Origin: an uncultured Neomegalonema sp.
GTDB lineage: Bacteria > Pseudomonadota > Alphaproteobacteria > Rhodobacterales > Rhodobacteraceae
Length of the DNA: 64,000 bases
Direction: 5' to 3'
Assembly: GCA_938008165.1 (NCBI GenBank)
Contig: CALLLP010000001.1
Location: forward strand, 67,585-131,584
Below are positions 27,735 through 38,382 of this stretch, piece by piece. A model generated the notes under the pieces. It worked only from the letters and a program-made list of their open reading frames with translations, made no database searches and had not been told where the DNA came from. The number at the start of each line of letters is the position of its first letter. Within the stretch, counting starts at the first letter, position 1. The position numbers and the translations under genes were made by a program.

Positions 27735-28862
27735 TTATGAAGGGTCGGACTTGCTGAACCGTTCTATCCCATACCGTGCCAAACCCCTGATTTCTGCATC
27801 ATCAAGGATCATCGCGCTGAGATGCTGTGCCATGACAGGGGCCAGCGTCACGCCGCTATGCATCGTCGCGACCAGCAAACCGTCACAACCCGGCACGCGG
27901 CCCACCGCCGGATAGCCGTCCTGCGGGACGGGCCGGGCGGTGACCGTCGAATGCTCGAAGGTCAGGGAGACGCCCGCGAAGGCCGCTCTGGCATGGTCGA
28001 GCGTTCGTGTCTCCGTCTCGGCCCGTGCCTGGGGCGATGTTACGGGCGAACCGCCGAAATCCTCGCCCAAGATCAGCCGTCCGTCATCCATTTGCCAGAC
28101 ATGCAGATCGTCGCGGGTGAAAATGCGCTGAGACAAGCGGGGGGCGGGCGCCGTGCGCACCAGCAGACCCAAGGGGGCTTTCATCGGCAGGGCAATGTCA
28201 AGCGCGGCGAGTATCCCCGACGTTCCGCTTCCGGCGGCAACCACGACCCGCTCGGCGCTTATCCGACCGGCGGAGGTGTCCAGCCCGATAACCTGTCCGT
28301 TTGCCGTTGCAATGCCCTCTACCCCCACGCCCAACCGGCTCTCGGCCCCGAATGCGGCGGCGGCGTTCAGGAAGGCGTCGGCAATGCGGTCGGGATCGGC
28401 CACACCCTCCAGCGGCGCGTCGATGGCGATTTCCGGGGGATCGCTCAAGGCGGGTTCCATCGCCCGAATCCGCGCTTTCGACACCAGCCGCGCCGTATTG
28501 CCGCCCTCGTTGAGCGCCTTGGCAACGGCTTCGATCCGGTCGGGGGTTTCCCAGTTCAGCGCCCCGCCGATCCGCACCGGCAGACCCTCGATCTCCTGCA
28601 TCAACCCGCGCCATAACCCCATTGATTCGAGCCGCAGGGCGAAATAATGCGCGTCATCCGGTTGATGCGCGTTGATCCATGCAAAGGAGCCGCGCGTGGC
28701 CCGGTTCGCCGGAATGTTCTCATCCACGACCGTCACCCGCGCCCCGCGTCGGGCGAGGGTATAGGCGAGGGCGGCACCGATGATGCCGGAACCGATGATG
28801 GCGGTATGCGGGGCGGGCGATCTCATGACGCGACTATCCGCGATCCATTCGGCGAATGCCAT
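27735..28862 (-). CDS. FAD-dependent oxidoreductase (DAO family)
   Basis: Dinucleotide-binding motif IIGSGIIGAALAYTLARRG near the N-terminus; 375 aa. Confidence 0.75.
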   Translation of the reverse strand: MAFAEWIADSRVMRSPAPHTAIIGSGIIGAALAYTLARRGARVTVVDENIPANRATRGSFAWINAHQPDDAHYFALRLESMGLWRGLMQEIEGLPVRIGGALNWETPDRIEAVAKALNEGGNTARLVSKARIRAMEPALSDPPEIAIDAPLEGVADPDRIADAFLNAAAAFGAESRLGVGVEGIATANGQVIGLDTSAGRISAERVVVAAGSGTSGILAALDIALPMKAPLGLLVRTAPAPRLSQRIFTRDDLHVWQMDDGRLILGEDFGGSPVTSPQARAETETRTLDHARAAFAGVSLTFEHSTVTARPVPQDGYPAVGRVPGCDGLLVATMHSGVTLAPVMAQHLSAMILDDAEIRGLARYGIERFSKSDPS

Positions 28863-28938
28863 ATCGATTCAGTCCCGCCCAGTTGATTTCCCCCGCCGAA
28901 CCCCGTACCGGAACCCCCGTACAGCGCAAGGAGCGGCG

Positions 28939-29550
28939 ATGACCATACATCTGCACCACGGCGACCTTCCCGATGGCCTAGACCTTGGCCCGACAGTCGC
29001 GATCGACACCGAAACGATGGGCCTGATACCGCATAGGGATCGGCTTTGCGTGATCCAGCTTTCGAAGGGCGATGGAGACGCGCATCTGGTAAAATACGAG
29101 CCGGGGGTGCCCAAATCCCCCAATCTCGTGAAGGTGCTGACCGATCCGACGGTCCTGAAGCTTTTCCATTTCGGGCGGTTTGATATTGCCGTGATGGCGC
29201 GGGCCTTTGGCGTGACCACGGCACCCGTCTATTGCACAAAGATCGCGTCGAAACTGGTGCGCACCTATACCGACCGCCATGGCCTAAAAGACCTGTGCCG
29301 CGAGTTGATCGGTGTCGATCTGTCGAAGCAACAGCAAAGCTCCGACTGGGGCGCGCCCGAACTGACACCCGAACAGCAGGCCTATGCGGCGAGCGACGTC
29401 TTGCATCTGCATCGCCTGAAATTCGAGCTGGACAAGCGCCTTGCGCGGGAGGGGCGTACCGAGATGGCCGCGGCTTGCTTCCATTTCCTGCCCAACCGCG
29501 CAATTCTCGATCTGGTCGGCTGGCCCGAACAAGACATCTTCGCGCATTGA
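28939..29550 (+). CDS. rnd: ribonuclease D-like 3'-5' exonuclease (short form)
   Basis: ORF 28780..29550, started at Met54 (MTIHLHHGDLP). DEDD exonuclease block VAIDTETMGL and YAASDVLHL. Confidence 0.75.
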   Translation: MTIHLHHGDLPDGLDLGPTVAIDTETMGLIPHRDRLCVIQLSKGDGDAHLVKYEPGVPKSPNLVKVLTDPTVLKLFHFGRFDIAVMARAFGVTTAPVYCTKIASKLVRTYTDRHGLKDLCRELIGVDLSKQQQSSDWGAPELTPEQQAYAASDVLHLHRLKFELDKRLAREGRTEMAAACFHFLPNRAILDLVGWPEQDIFAH

Positions 29551-29553
29551 GAC

Positions 29554-30531
29554 ATGGAAAAATCCGGTAAATCGGTCATCGAGATCGGGCGGCGTGTCAT
29601 CGAGATTGAAGCGGATGCGCTCCATGCTCTTGCGCAGGGACTGGATGAGCGTTTCGAGCGCGCCGTCGATCTGTTGGTCAAGGCGAAAGGCCGGGTCATC
29701 GTTTCCGGCATGGGCAAAAGCGGTCATGTCGCGCGCAAGATCGCCGCGACACTGGCCTCGACCGGCACCCCGGCGCAATTCGTCCATCCGGCGGAGGCCA
29801 GCCATGGCGATCTTGGGATGGTCACCGCCGATGACGTGGCGCTGGTCCTGTCCAATTCGGGCGAAACGCCGGAATTGTCGGATCTTATCGCCCATACGCG
29901 GCGGAACGGGATTCCCCTGATTGCCATCGCGTCAAACTCTGACAGCACGCTGATGCGTGCCGCTGATATCGGTCTGCCATTGCCCAAGGCACCCGAAGCC
30001 TGCCCCATGGGCCTCGCGCCGACCACCTCGACCACCTCGACCCTTGCGCTGGGGGATGCCATCGCCGTCGCCCTGATCGACCGGCGGAATTTCCAGCCGC
30101 AAAACTTTCGCATGCTTCATCCCGGCGGCTCCCTTGGCTCGCGCCTTTTGACGGTCGGTCAGGTGATGCACAAAGGGGCGGACCTGCCGCTGATCGTCGC
30201 GGATACGCCGATGCTGGATGCGATGCTGACCATTTCGGGCAAGGCATTTGGCCTTGCCGGGGTTGTGGATGGGGAAGGGCGTCTCGAAGGTGTGATCTCC
30301 GATGGAGACCTGCGCCGTAATATCGCCCATCTTGGAGAGCGAACTGCACGGCAGATTATGTCGCCTGACCCGAAATCCATCGGTCCCTCGGCGACGCTCG
30401 GCGAGGCACTCGACGTCATGAACAAACATGCGATCACGGCCCTTTTCGTTTTTGCAGAGGATGCCCCGCGTCCTGCATCGCCTTTGGGCTTGATCCATAT
30501 CCACGATTGCCTTCGCCTAGGCAAACCCTGA
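29554..30531 (+). CDS. kdsD: KpsF/GutQ family arabinose-5-phosphate isomerase
   Basis: SIS domain (VSGMGKSGHVARKIAATL) plus tandem CBS domains. Sits directly upstream of lptC-lptA-lptB. Confidence 0.85.
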   Translation: MEKSGKSVIEIGRRVIEIEADALHALAQGLDERFERAVDLLVKAKGRVIVSGMGKSGHVARKIAATLASTGTPAQFVHPAEASHGDLGMVTADDVALVLSNSGETPELSDLIAHTRRNGIPLIAIASNSDSTLMRAADIGLPLPKAPEACPMGLAPTTSTTSTLALGDAIAVALIDRRNFQPQNFRMLHPGGSLGSRLLTVGQVMHKGADLPLIVADTPMLDAMLTISGKAFGLAGVVDGEGRLEGVISDGDLRRNIAHLGERTARQIMSPDPKSIGPSATLGEALDVMNKHAITALFVFAEDAPRPASPLGLIHIHDCLRLGKP

Positions 30532-31169
30532 TGATGGACGGGCCAGATACGCCCGATGGCCCACGCCGGGTAAGACGGCCCCGCCGTTCGCTCTGGCTGG
30601 CGGCGGCTTTTGCCTTTATCGCCTGCTTGCCCTTTGTGGCGGTGTTCACCCGTACGGGCACGCAATCGGTGGAGCCGCTGCTGCTCACCGATGCCGATCA
30701 AAAATCCCTGCGCGATGGATTGCGCATGATCTCGCCCAGCTTTTCGGGCCGGACCGAGGATGGCGAACCCTATACCGTGACCGCTGACTGGGCCTTGCCC
30801 AATGGTCCAAAGCCGACTCGCATTACGCTGAACCGCATTACCGCCACCATTGTCACCAAGGATGGGCGCGAGGCCACGATCACCGCCGCCCGTGGCGTGT
30901 TCTTTCCAAATCGGGAATATCTGCGATTATCGGACGGGGTGGTCGCGCGTACTTCTGACGGGTATACGATGCAGACCCCGATGGCCGAAATCGATCTTGG
31001 GGCGCGTATGCTCGATGCGGTAGAGACCATCGAAGCCGAAGGACCACGCGGTTCCATTCGTGCAGATACCGTGAAAGCGATGGAAACGGGCGGACGGGCC
31101 GTTATCTTTCGTGGTAACGTTCGGGTTGTCTTCACACCGGAAACCGTGTCACGTCCAACAAGTGATTAA
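30531..31169 (+). CDS. lptC: LPS export system protein LptC
   Basis: ORF 30507..31169, started at Met9. N-terminal membrane anchor followed by a beta-rich periplasmic domain. Lies between kdsD and lptA. Confidence 0.7.
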   Translation: MMDGPDTPDGPRRVRRPRRSLWLAAAFAFIACLPFVAVFTRTGTQSVEPLLLTDADQKSLRDGLRMISPSFSGRTEDGEPYTVTADWALPNGPKPTRITLNRITATIVTKDGREATITAARGVFFPNREYLRLSDGVVARTSDGYTMQTPMAEIDLGARMLDAVETIEAEGPRGSIRADTVKAMETGGRAVIFRGNVRVVFTPETVSRPTSD

Positions 31170-31200
31170 CGAAACGCCAACTAGCAACAGGATCGTCGCC

Positions 31201-31752
31201 ATGAAGCGTCTTGCCCGCACCGCTCTTTCGTCGCTCGCTTTGCCGGTCCTGCTCTGGGGCAGCATGGCTCTGGCTCAATCGTCCGGTGCGCTCGGTGGGT
31301 TCAAGGTCGACAGTTCGCTTCCTATTGAAATCTCCGCCGACTCGCTTGAGGTGCGTCAGGAACAGCAAACGGCTGTTTTTACCGGCTCGGTCGATGCGCG
31401 ACAGGGCGAGGTGCGAATGCAGGCGCAGCAATTGATCGTTACCTACGATCCTGATTCCGAGGCCGAGGGGCAGGCGGGCGCGATTCGCAAGGTGCGGGCC
31501 GAAGGCACGGTTTTTGTCTCCAGCCCTGAAGGCGCGGCGGAGGGCAACTGGGCCGATTACGATGTGGCATCGGGCACCATCACGATGGGCGATACCGTGA
31601 CGCTGACCCAAGGCACCGAGAATGTTCTGGCGGGAGGGCGACTCTCCATCAATCTCAATACTGGCTTTGCCCGGATCGATTCGGGCGGTGTGCGCGCCGA
31701 TGGCACGCGCGAGCGCGTCAGTGGCATCTTTTATCCCTCGTCCAACCAGTGA
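31201..31752 (+). CDS. lptA: LPS transport periplasmic protein LptA (OstA-like)
   Basis: ORF 31111..31752, started at Met31 (MKRLARTALSSLALPVLLWGSMALA signal peptide). Blocks IEISADSLEV and AVFTGSVDARQGE. Confidence 0.8.
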   Translation: MKRLARTALSSLALPVLLWGSMALAQSSGALGGFKVDSSLPIEISADSLEVRQEQQTAVFTGSVDARQGEVRMQAQQLIVTYDPDSEAEGQAGAIRKVRAEGTVFVSSPEGAAEGNWADYDVASGTITMGDTVTLTQGTENVLAGGRLSINLNTGFARIDSGGVRADGTRERVSGIFYPSSNQ

Positions 31753-31833
31753 CCGTTTGCCATTCGTTTATTCCGGTTCACGGCATGGTAAGGCGCTTGA
31801 GCGTATCCTCGCGGGTGTCCGATGAGGTCTGTG

Positions 31834-32595
31834 ATGACGGATAAGCGACCTGAGTTACGCCTCGCATCGAACCGCGCGGGATTGGTCGTAGACCGCATCG
31901 GCAAAAGCTACCGGCGGCGTCCGGTCGTGCGCGGCGTCTCTCTGACGCTGGGTCGCGGCGAAGTCGTCGGGCTATTGGGACCGAACGGTGCGGGGAAGAC
32001 GACATGCTTTTACATGATCACCGGGTTAATCCCCGCCGATTACGGCACCATCACGCTGGATGGGCAGGATGTTACCGCGCTGCCGATGCATCGGCGGGCG
32101 CGTCTGGGGGTCGGCTATTTGCCTCAGGAAGCGTCGATCTTTCGCGGATTGACCGTCGAGGAAAACATCACGGCGGTTCTGGAATTGGTCGAGACGCAAC
32201 GCTCCAAACGTCAGCACAAGCTCGATTCCCTGCTGGGGGAATTCTCGATTACGCATCTGCGCCGTACACCCGCGCTGGCACTGTCCGGCGGCGAGCGGCG
32301 GCGAGTCGAGATTGCCCGTGCGCTGGCTACAGACCCCGATTTCATCCTGTTGGACGAACCCTTTGCGGGGGTCGATCCGATTGCGGTCGGGGATATTCGC
32401 GGTCTCGTATCCCATTTGCGCGAACGGGGCATGGGGGTCTTGATTACGGATCACAATGTGCGAGAAACACTCTCGATCATCGATCGGGCATATATCTTGC
32501 ACGACGGGCATGTCTTGAAGCAGGGTACACCACAAGACATCGTCGGAGACGAGGATGTTCGCCGGGTCTATTTGGGAGACGGGTTCCGGCTGTAA
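31834..32595 (+). CDS. lptB: LPS export ABC transporter ATP-binding protein LptB
   Basis: Walker A GPNGAGKTT, signature LSGGERRRVEIARAL, Walker B ILLDEP. An alternative start is 31822. Confidence 0.9.
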   Translation: MTDKRPELRLASNRAGLVVDRIGKSYRRRPVVRGVSLTLGRGEVVGLLGPNGAGKTTCFYMITGLIPADYGTITLDGQDVTALPMHRRARLGVGYLPQEASIFRGLTVEENITAVLELVETQRSKRQHKLDSLLGEFSITHLRRTPALALSGGERRRVEIARALATDPDFILLDEPFAGVDPIAVGDIRGLVSHLRERGMGVLITDHNVRETLSIIDRAYILHDGHVLKQGTPQDIVGDEDVRRVYLGDGFRL

Positions 32596-32627
32596 CCGAA
32601 GCTATTGGACAAAGGGGGGTCTGACCG

Positions 32628-34181
32628 ATGTCTATGGGTATAGGCCTTCAGATTCGCCAGTCTCAGTCACTGGTGATGACGCCGCAATTGCAGCAGGCCA
32701 TCAAGCTGTTGCAGATGTCGAATCTCGATCTGACCGATTACGTCGCGCAGGAAATCGAGAGCAACCCGCTGCTCGAAGCGGCATCCCAAGTTCCCGACGA
32801 ACGCCGTGAGCGGCCCGATGACGTGGCCGAAAAACCGGAAAAAACCGCGTCCACCGACGATCTTTCCACCACGATGCGCGAGGATAATCTATCCCGTGCG
32901 GAGGAAACCTTCGATACCGGCATGGAAAATGTCTATGCCGACGAATCCCATGCCGACCGACAGGCCGAGGGTGCCGCGGCGATGACCGAGGCCGCCGGAC
33001 CGGGGGGTGATGAGGCCTCTGGCTGGGCCAGCATGGGCAAGAGCGGGGGGGGCGGCTTCGATTCTCCCGAATACGATCTCGAAGGGGTGGTGGCATCCGA
33101 GGTTTCGCTCCGGGATCACCTTTTGGAGCAGATCGGCATGACCGTCGCTCCTCACCGCATACGCGCCATCGCCGCTTATCTCGTCGAATATATCGATGAT
33201 GTGGGCTATATGCGCGCCGATGAGGCAACCATAGCGGAGCGCCTTGGGGCCAATCCAAAAGACATCGAAGCGGGCCTCGCCATCGTTCAGGGCTGTGATC
33301 CCTCCGGGGTCGGGGCGCGCAATCTTGCGGAATGTCTGAAACTTCAGTTGCGCGACCGTAACCGGCTCGATCCGGCCATAGGATGCTTGCTCGATAATCT
33401 CGAATTGCTGGCGCAGGCGAAGATACCCGCGCTGATGAAGCTATGCGGTGTCGGACAGGAAGACATGCGCGAGATGATCGAGGAGGTGCGCGCTCTCGAT
33501 CCCAAACCCGGCGCGCGGTTCCATTCGGAAATCGCGCAGACGATGATTCCCGACGTCTTCGTGCGCCGGAACGCGATGGGCGGCTGGAATGTCGAGTTGA
33601 ACACCGATACGCTGCCCAGAGTGCTGGTCAATGAGCGCTATGCATCGGAGATTTCTGAGGGGGGCGCGACGGTCAAGGCATATCTCAACGACTGTATGCA
33701 AAGCGCGAATTGGCTTGCCAAAAGCCTCGATCAGCGTGCCCGAACCATCCTGCGCGTCTCCAGCGAGATCGTGCGTCAGCAGGATGGCTTTTTCGAATAC
33801 GGTATCGAGCAGTTGCGACCACTCAACCTCAAGACGGTGGCCGATGCCATCGATATGCACGAATCCACCGTTAGCCGCGTGACCTCGAACAAGTATATCT
33901 CCACCACGCGCGGCGTTTTCGAGCTGAAGTTCTTTTTCACGGCCGCGATCGGGGCGATCGGTGGCGGCGATTCCTATTCGGCCGAAAGCGTACGCTTTAT
34001 GATCAAGAAAATGATCGACGAGGAAACAACCGATGCGGTGCTCTCGGATGATCGCATTGTGAAAATTTTGCGTGAAGACGGTATCGATATCGCCAGAAGA
34101 ACTGTCGCCAAGTATCGAGAATCAATGGATATTCCATCGTCAGTACAACGTCGTAGACGCAAGGCCGGGTCGGGCCTTTAG
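32628..34181 (+). CDS. rpoN: RNA polymerase sigma-54 factor
   Basis: N-terminus QSQSLVMTPQLQQAIKLLQMSNLDL and the C-terminal RpoN box ARRTVAKYRE. Confidence 0.95.
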   Translation: MSMGIGLQIRQSQSLVMTPQLQQAIKLLQMSNLDLTDYVAQEIESNPLLEAASQVPDERRERPDDVAEKPEKTASTDDLSTTMREDNLSRAEETFDTGMENVYADESHADRQAEGAAAMTEAAGPGGDEASGWASMGKSGGGGFDSPEYDLEGVVASEVSLRDHLLEQIGMTVAPHRIRAIAAYLVEYIDDVGYMRADEATIAERLGANPKDIEAGLAIVQGCDPSGVGARNLAECLKLQLRDRNRLDPAIGCLLDNLELLAQAKIPALMKLCGVGQEDMREMIEEVRALDPKPGARFHSEIAQTMIPDVFVRRNAMGGWNVELNTDTLPRVLVNERYASEISEGGATVKAYLNDCMQSANWLAKSLDQRARTILRVSSEIVRQQDGFFEYGIEQLRPLNLKTVADAIDMHESTVSRVTSNKYISTTRGVFELKFFFTAAIGAIGGGDSYSAESVRFMIKKMIDEETTDAVLSDDRIVKILREDGIDIARRTVAKYRESMDIPSSVQRRRRKAGSGL

Positions 34182-34280
34182 TGGCGTATTGTAACATTCT
34201 GACATTGACTTTCCCGCTTTAAGTTGTGTAGTTTGAACAACGGGAGAACATCTGTGGTCCCGAATAAGCTAAGGCATTGA

Positions 34281-34856
34281 TTGCACATGAAAATTGAAGT
34301 CAACGGAAAGCAAATCGACATCGGTGACGCTCTGCGTGGCCATGTTGTCGAAGAACTGACCGCAGCGATGGACAAATATGCGGAACGTCCAACTGATGCG
34401 ACCGTGACCTTCACGCGAGACAGGCACGAGTTTAAATGCGAATGCTCAGCTCATCTGAGTACTGGCATGAAAGCTCAGGCTTCCGGTCGGGCGACTGACA
34501 TCTATGCGGCCTTCGATATGGCCAATGAGCGACTCGCCAAACAGTTGCGCCGCTACAAGCGCCGACTCAAGAATCACCACCGGGCGCGGACCACTCCGGT
34601 CGAAAGCTTCGGTGCGTCCTCTTTCGTCATCGAAGCGGATGCACCCGATGTGGAGGATGCCTCCGAATCCCTCCAGCCCGTCATCATTGCCGAGGCCAAG
34701 ACCAGCATTCCTGTCCTGAGCGTTGGCGAGGCTGTTCTCCAGATGGAAATCGGCGAAGATCCCATCCTGATGTTCCGAAACGAGCGGAACAACGAAATCG
34801 GTGTCGTCTACCGCCGGGATGATGGTAATGTCGGTTGGATAGAACCGACGGCATAA
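34281..34856 (+). CDS. hpf: ribosome hibernation promoting factor (long HPF)
   Basis: 191 aa, MKIEVNGKQIDIGDALRGHV, with a C-terminal dimerisation extension. Sits in the canonical position after rpoN. Confidence 0.85.
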   Translation: MHMKIEVNGKQIDIGDALRGHVVEELTAAMDKYAERPTDATVTFTRDRHEFKCECSAHLSTGMKAQASGRATDIYAAFDMANERLAKQLRRYKRRLKNHHRARTTPVESFGASSFVIEADAPDVEDASESLQPVIIAEAKTSIPVLSVGEAVLQMEIGEDPILMFRNERNNEIGVVYRRDDGNVGWIEPTA

Positions 34857-34932
34857 TTTCGAGCTAGCGACCTAACGAGATGTTAACGGCACTTCCCCAG
34901 TAGTCGGGTGCCGGATGGATGAGGTTTTTTTC

Positions 34933-35394
34933 ATGTCTGTTGAAGGTCTTCTAGCGGCCGATGCTGTGCTCTCTGATTTGAAGGCAACCAGCAAAAAGCA
35001 TCTCCTGCAGGAACTCGCAGGCCGTGCGGCTGCTTTGTGCTCTCTCGATGAGCGCACTATTTTCGATGCGCTGTTGGAACGTGAACGGCTTGGGGCCACG
35101 AGCGTCGGCAATGGCGTCGCGATTCCCCATGCCCGTCTTCCTGAGATCGATACGGTATACGGCATCTTTGCGCGTTTGGCGCAGCCGATCGATTACGATG
35201 CCGCCGATGACGAGCCAGTGGACCTCGTCTTTCTCCTACTTGCCCCGGAAAGCGCGAATAATCAGCATCTGCGCGCCCTCGCCAAGATTTCGCGCCTGCT
35301 CAAGCGCCCGGAAATCCGTGCCAGCCTACGCGGTGCCGACGGGTCCGAGGCATTGTATTCGATGCTCACGGAAGTTCATCGCCGCGCGGCGTAA
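34933..35394 (+). CDS. ptsN: PTS IIA-like nitrogen regulatory protein PtsN
   Basis: Phosphorylatable His block GNGVAIPHARL. Follows hpf. An alternative start is 34915. Confidence 0.85.
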   Translation: MSVEGLLAADAVLSDLKATSKKHLLQELAGRAAALCSLDERTIFDALLERERLGATSVGNGVAIPHARLPEIDTVYGIFARLAQPIDYDAADDEPVDLVFLLLAPESANNQHLRALAKISRLLKRPEIRASLRGADGSEALYSMLTEVHRRAA

Positions 35395-35540
35395 TCTTTT
35401 CGGCGGGGCACTACCGGGCAGGCCATTCCATAATTGGTCCCGCTTGCGTGACTTGATTGACGACCCGTTAAAATCTCTCCTAATGTTCTCTCGTGCTGGA
35501 AAGGGTATCGATTCCCGACCATTCCGCAGGAGGACGATGA

Positions 35541-37514
35541 GTGAACGACGGCAAAGCGTTACCCGAAGACCTCAATTCCTTTCCAAAACTTGTGGAGCGA
35601 AACGCGCGTCTGTTCGCCTCCCGCCCGGCCTATCGCGAGAAAGAGTTCGGTATCTGGCAAAGCTGGACCTGGGGCGAGGCGCGCGATGCCATTGAGGCGA
35701 TTGCCCGCGGCTTTATCTCCATGGGCTTGGCCAAGGGTGATCATATCGCGATTGTTGGACGCAACCGCCCCTATTTCTATTGGTCCATGCTGGCGGCGCA
35801 ATATGCAGGCGCGATTCCGGTGCCTGTCTATCAGGATTCGGTGGCCGATGAGATGGCCTATGTCCTCGACCATTGCGGCGCGCGGTTCGCCGTGGTTCAG
35901 GATCAAGAGCAGGTCGACAAGCTCAATGAAGTGGCGGATCGCCTGACATCGCTGGAGCGTATCGTCTATATCGATCCACGGGGTCTGCGCCGCTATGACC
36001 ATGGCAACCTGATTTCCCTTGCCGATATTCGACAGACGGGCGAGGAGCGCAGGGCCGAGACCGAGGGCGAATTGAAAGCCCGCATCGATTCTGCCCAGCA
36101 CGATGACACCTGCATCATCCTCTATACCTCCGGCACGACCGGGCGACCCAAGGGCGTTGTCCTAACAAATGCGAATGTGTTGATCACGGCGAAAAATTCC
36201 TGCGGATTCGACGCCTTGACCGAGAAAGAAGACGTTCTCGCCTATCTGCCGATGGCTTGGGTGGGCGATTACGTGTTCTCGATGGCGCAGGCATGTTGGG
36301 CAGGGTTCTGCGTCAATTGCCCCGAAAGCGCGGAGACGATGCAGACCGATCTCAAGGAAATCGGCCCGACTTATTTCTTTGCGCCGCCGCGTTTTTTCGA
36401 AGGTTTGCTCACCTCCATCATGATCCGCATGGAGGATGCCAGCCCGTTCAAACGCCGCCTCTTTCAAAAATATATCGAGCATGCCAAGCGCGTCGGTCCG
36501 GCCCTGCTCGATGGCAAGGAGGTCAGCGCGAGCGATCGACTGACCTACAAGATCGGCCAAGCGCTCGTCTATGGACCATTGCTCAATGCCACAGGTCTCA
36601 GCCGCGTGCGCGTCGGGTATACGGCGGGAGAGGCCATCGGCCCGGAAATCTTCGAGTTTTACCGCTCGCTTGGGATCAATCTCAAGCAGCTATACGGGCA
36701 AACCGAAGGCACGATCTACATCACCCAGCAACCCGATGGCGAGGTTAGCGCGGATACCGTCGGTGTGCCCAGTCCTGATGTCGAGGTCAGGATCGGTGAG
36801 ACAGGCGAGGTGTTCTACCGCTCTCCCGGCACTTTCCGCGAGTATTACAAGAACCCTGAAAGTACCGCCGAGACCAAGGATGCGGAAGGATGGGTCGCCA
36901 CGGGTGATGCCGGATTCTTCGAGCCGGATAGCGGCCATCTGAGGATTATCGACCGTGCGAAAGATGTGGGAAAGTTGACCGATGGGGCGATGTTTGCGCC
37001 CAAATATGTCGAGAACAAACTGAAATTCTACCCCAATATTCTTGAGGCCGTCGCCTTTGGTCATGAGCGCGATTATTGTACGGCCTTTATCAATATCGAT
37101 CTTACGGCGGTCGGCAACTGGGCAGAACGCAATAATATCGCCTATGCTTCCTATCAGGAACTTGCCGGGCATCCCCGCGTCTATGCCACGATTCAGGAGC
37201 ATGTCGAGGAGGCTAATCGCTCGATTGCGCAGGATGCGCTGTTATCCCATTGTCAGATTCGGCGTTTTCTCGTGCTGCATAAGGAACTTGATGCCGATGA
37301 CGGCGAGTTGACCCGCACCCGAAAGGTGCGCCGCCGGATCATTGCCGAGAAATACGAGCCGCTGATGACCGCGCTGTATGACGGCTCCGACAGCGTTTAT
37401 ATCGAAACGGAAGTCACCTACGAGGATGGCCGCAAGGGCGCGATCAAGGCCACCCTCGAAATCCGCGATGCGGCGGTCGTGACCCCCGATGCGCAGAAGG
37501 TAGCCGCCGAATGA
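35541..37514 (+). CDS. AMP-dependent synthetase/ligase (long-chain acyl-CoA ligase-like)
   Basis: GTG start; 657 aa; AMP-binding motif ILYTSGTTGRPKGV. The stop overlaps the next start (ATGA). Confidence 0.85.
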   Translation: MNDGKALPEDLNSFPKLVERNARLFASRPAYREKEFGIWQSWTWGEARDAIEAIARGFISMGLAKGDHIAIVGRNRPYFYWSMLAAQYAGAIPVPVYQDSVADEMAYVLDHCGARFAVVQDQEQVDKLNEVADRLTSLERIVYIDPRGLRRYDHGNLISLADIRQTGEERRAETEGELKARIDSAQHDDTCIILYTSGTTGRPKGVVLTNANVLITAKNSCGFDALTEKEDVLAYLPMAWVGDYVFSMAQACWAGFCVNCPESAETMQTDLKEIGPTYFFAPPRFFEGLLTSIMIRMEDASPFKRRLFQKYIEHAKRVGPALLDGKEVSASDRLTYKIGQALVYGPLLNATGLSRVRVGYTAGEAIGPEIFEFYRSLGINLKQLYGQTEGTIYITQQPDGEVSADTVGVPSPDVEVRIGETGEVFYRSPGTFREYYKNPESTAETKDAEGWVATGDAGFFEPDSGHLRIIDRAKDVGKLTDGAMFAPKYVENKLKFYPNILEAVAFGHERDYCTAFINIDLTAVGNWAERNNIAYASYQELAGHPRVYATIQEHVEEANRSIAQDALLSHCQIRRFLVLHKELDADDGELTRTRKVRRRIIAEKYEPLMTALYDGSDSVYIETEVTYEDGRKGAIKATLEIRDAAVVTPDAQKVAAE

Positions 37515-38332
37515 GTGCCGTCACCGCTGAACCCTACACCACCGCCGATGGCCGCAAAATTGGCGGTGTGGTGATGGAAATGCGCCATATCACACTGCGA
37601 TTTGGCGGCGTCACCGCAATCAAGGACATTTCCTTTGATATCCGCGAGGGCGAGGTCCGCGCGATCATCGGGCCGAACGGGGCGGGCAAATCGTCGATGC
37701 TCAATGTCATCAACGGCTTCTATCATCCTCAGGAGGGCGAGGTCTGGTTTCGGGGCGAAAAGCGCGGGCCGATGAAGCCCTATCAGATCGCGCGACAGGG
37801 CATCGCCCGTACCTTCCAGAACATCGCGTTATTCAAGGGCATGTCGACCCTCGATAACATCATGACCGGCCGCCTGATCCATATGAATACCGGCATGATC
37901 TCTCAGGCAATCTGGAAGGGCAAGGCGGAGGCCGAGGAGATCGAGAACCGCGAACGGGTCGAGAAGATCATCGATTTTCTGGAGATTCAGAACATCCGCA
38001 AGGCCCCGGTCGGCAGCTTGCCCTATGGCCTGCAAAAACGGGTCGAGCTGGGCCGGGCGCTGGCCTCGGACCCTGAACTGCTGTTGCTCGATGAGCCGAT
38101 GGCTGGGATGAATGTTGAGGAAAAGGAGGATATGAGCCGCTTTATCCTCGACGTGAACGATGAATTTGGCACCACCATCGCCTTGATCGAGCATGATATG
38201 GGGGTCGTGATGGATATCTCCGACCGCGTTGTCGTGATGGATTACGGCGCGAAGATCGGTGATGGCACACCCGATGAGGTGCGCCAGAATCAAAAGGTGA
38301 TCGATGCGTATCTGGGGGTGAGCCATGACTGA
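37511..38332 (+). CDS. branched-chain-type ABC transporter ATP-binding protein (LivG-like)
   Basis: Walker A GPNGAGKSS, LPYGLQKRVELGRAL, LLLDEP. The start may instead be Met22 or Met24. Confidence 0.85.
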   Translation: MSAVTAEPYTTADGRKIGGVVMEMRHITLRFGGVTAIKDISFDIREGEVRAIIGPNGAGKSSMLNVINGFYHPQEGEVWFRGEKRGPMKPYQIARQGIARTFQNIALFKGMSTLDNIMTGRLIHMNTGMISQAIWKGKAEAEEIENRERVEKIIDFLEIQNIRKAPVGSLPYGLQKRVELGRALASDPELLLLDEPMAGMNVEEKEDMSRFILDVNDEFGTTIALIEHDMGVVMDISDRVVVMDYGAKIGDGTPDEVRQNQKVIDAYLGVSHD

Positions 38333-38382
38333 TCGCCTGCGGTCTCCACGGTCAACCCTGTCGCGAATGATCGGAGGCGCCC

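Noticed and set aside
34182-34280. Possible sigma-54 promoter (TGGCGT...) in the AT-rich gap upstream of hpf
   Set aside because: The -12 element is missing: TGGCGTATTGTAACA has no GC at the required spacing from the GG. A sigma-70-like TTGACT-N17/18-TAGTTT is a more plausible but still unverified reading.
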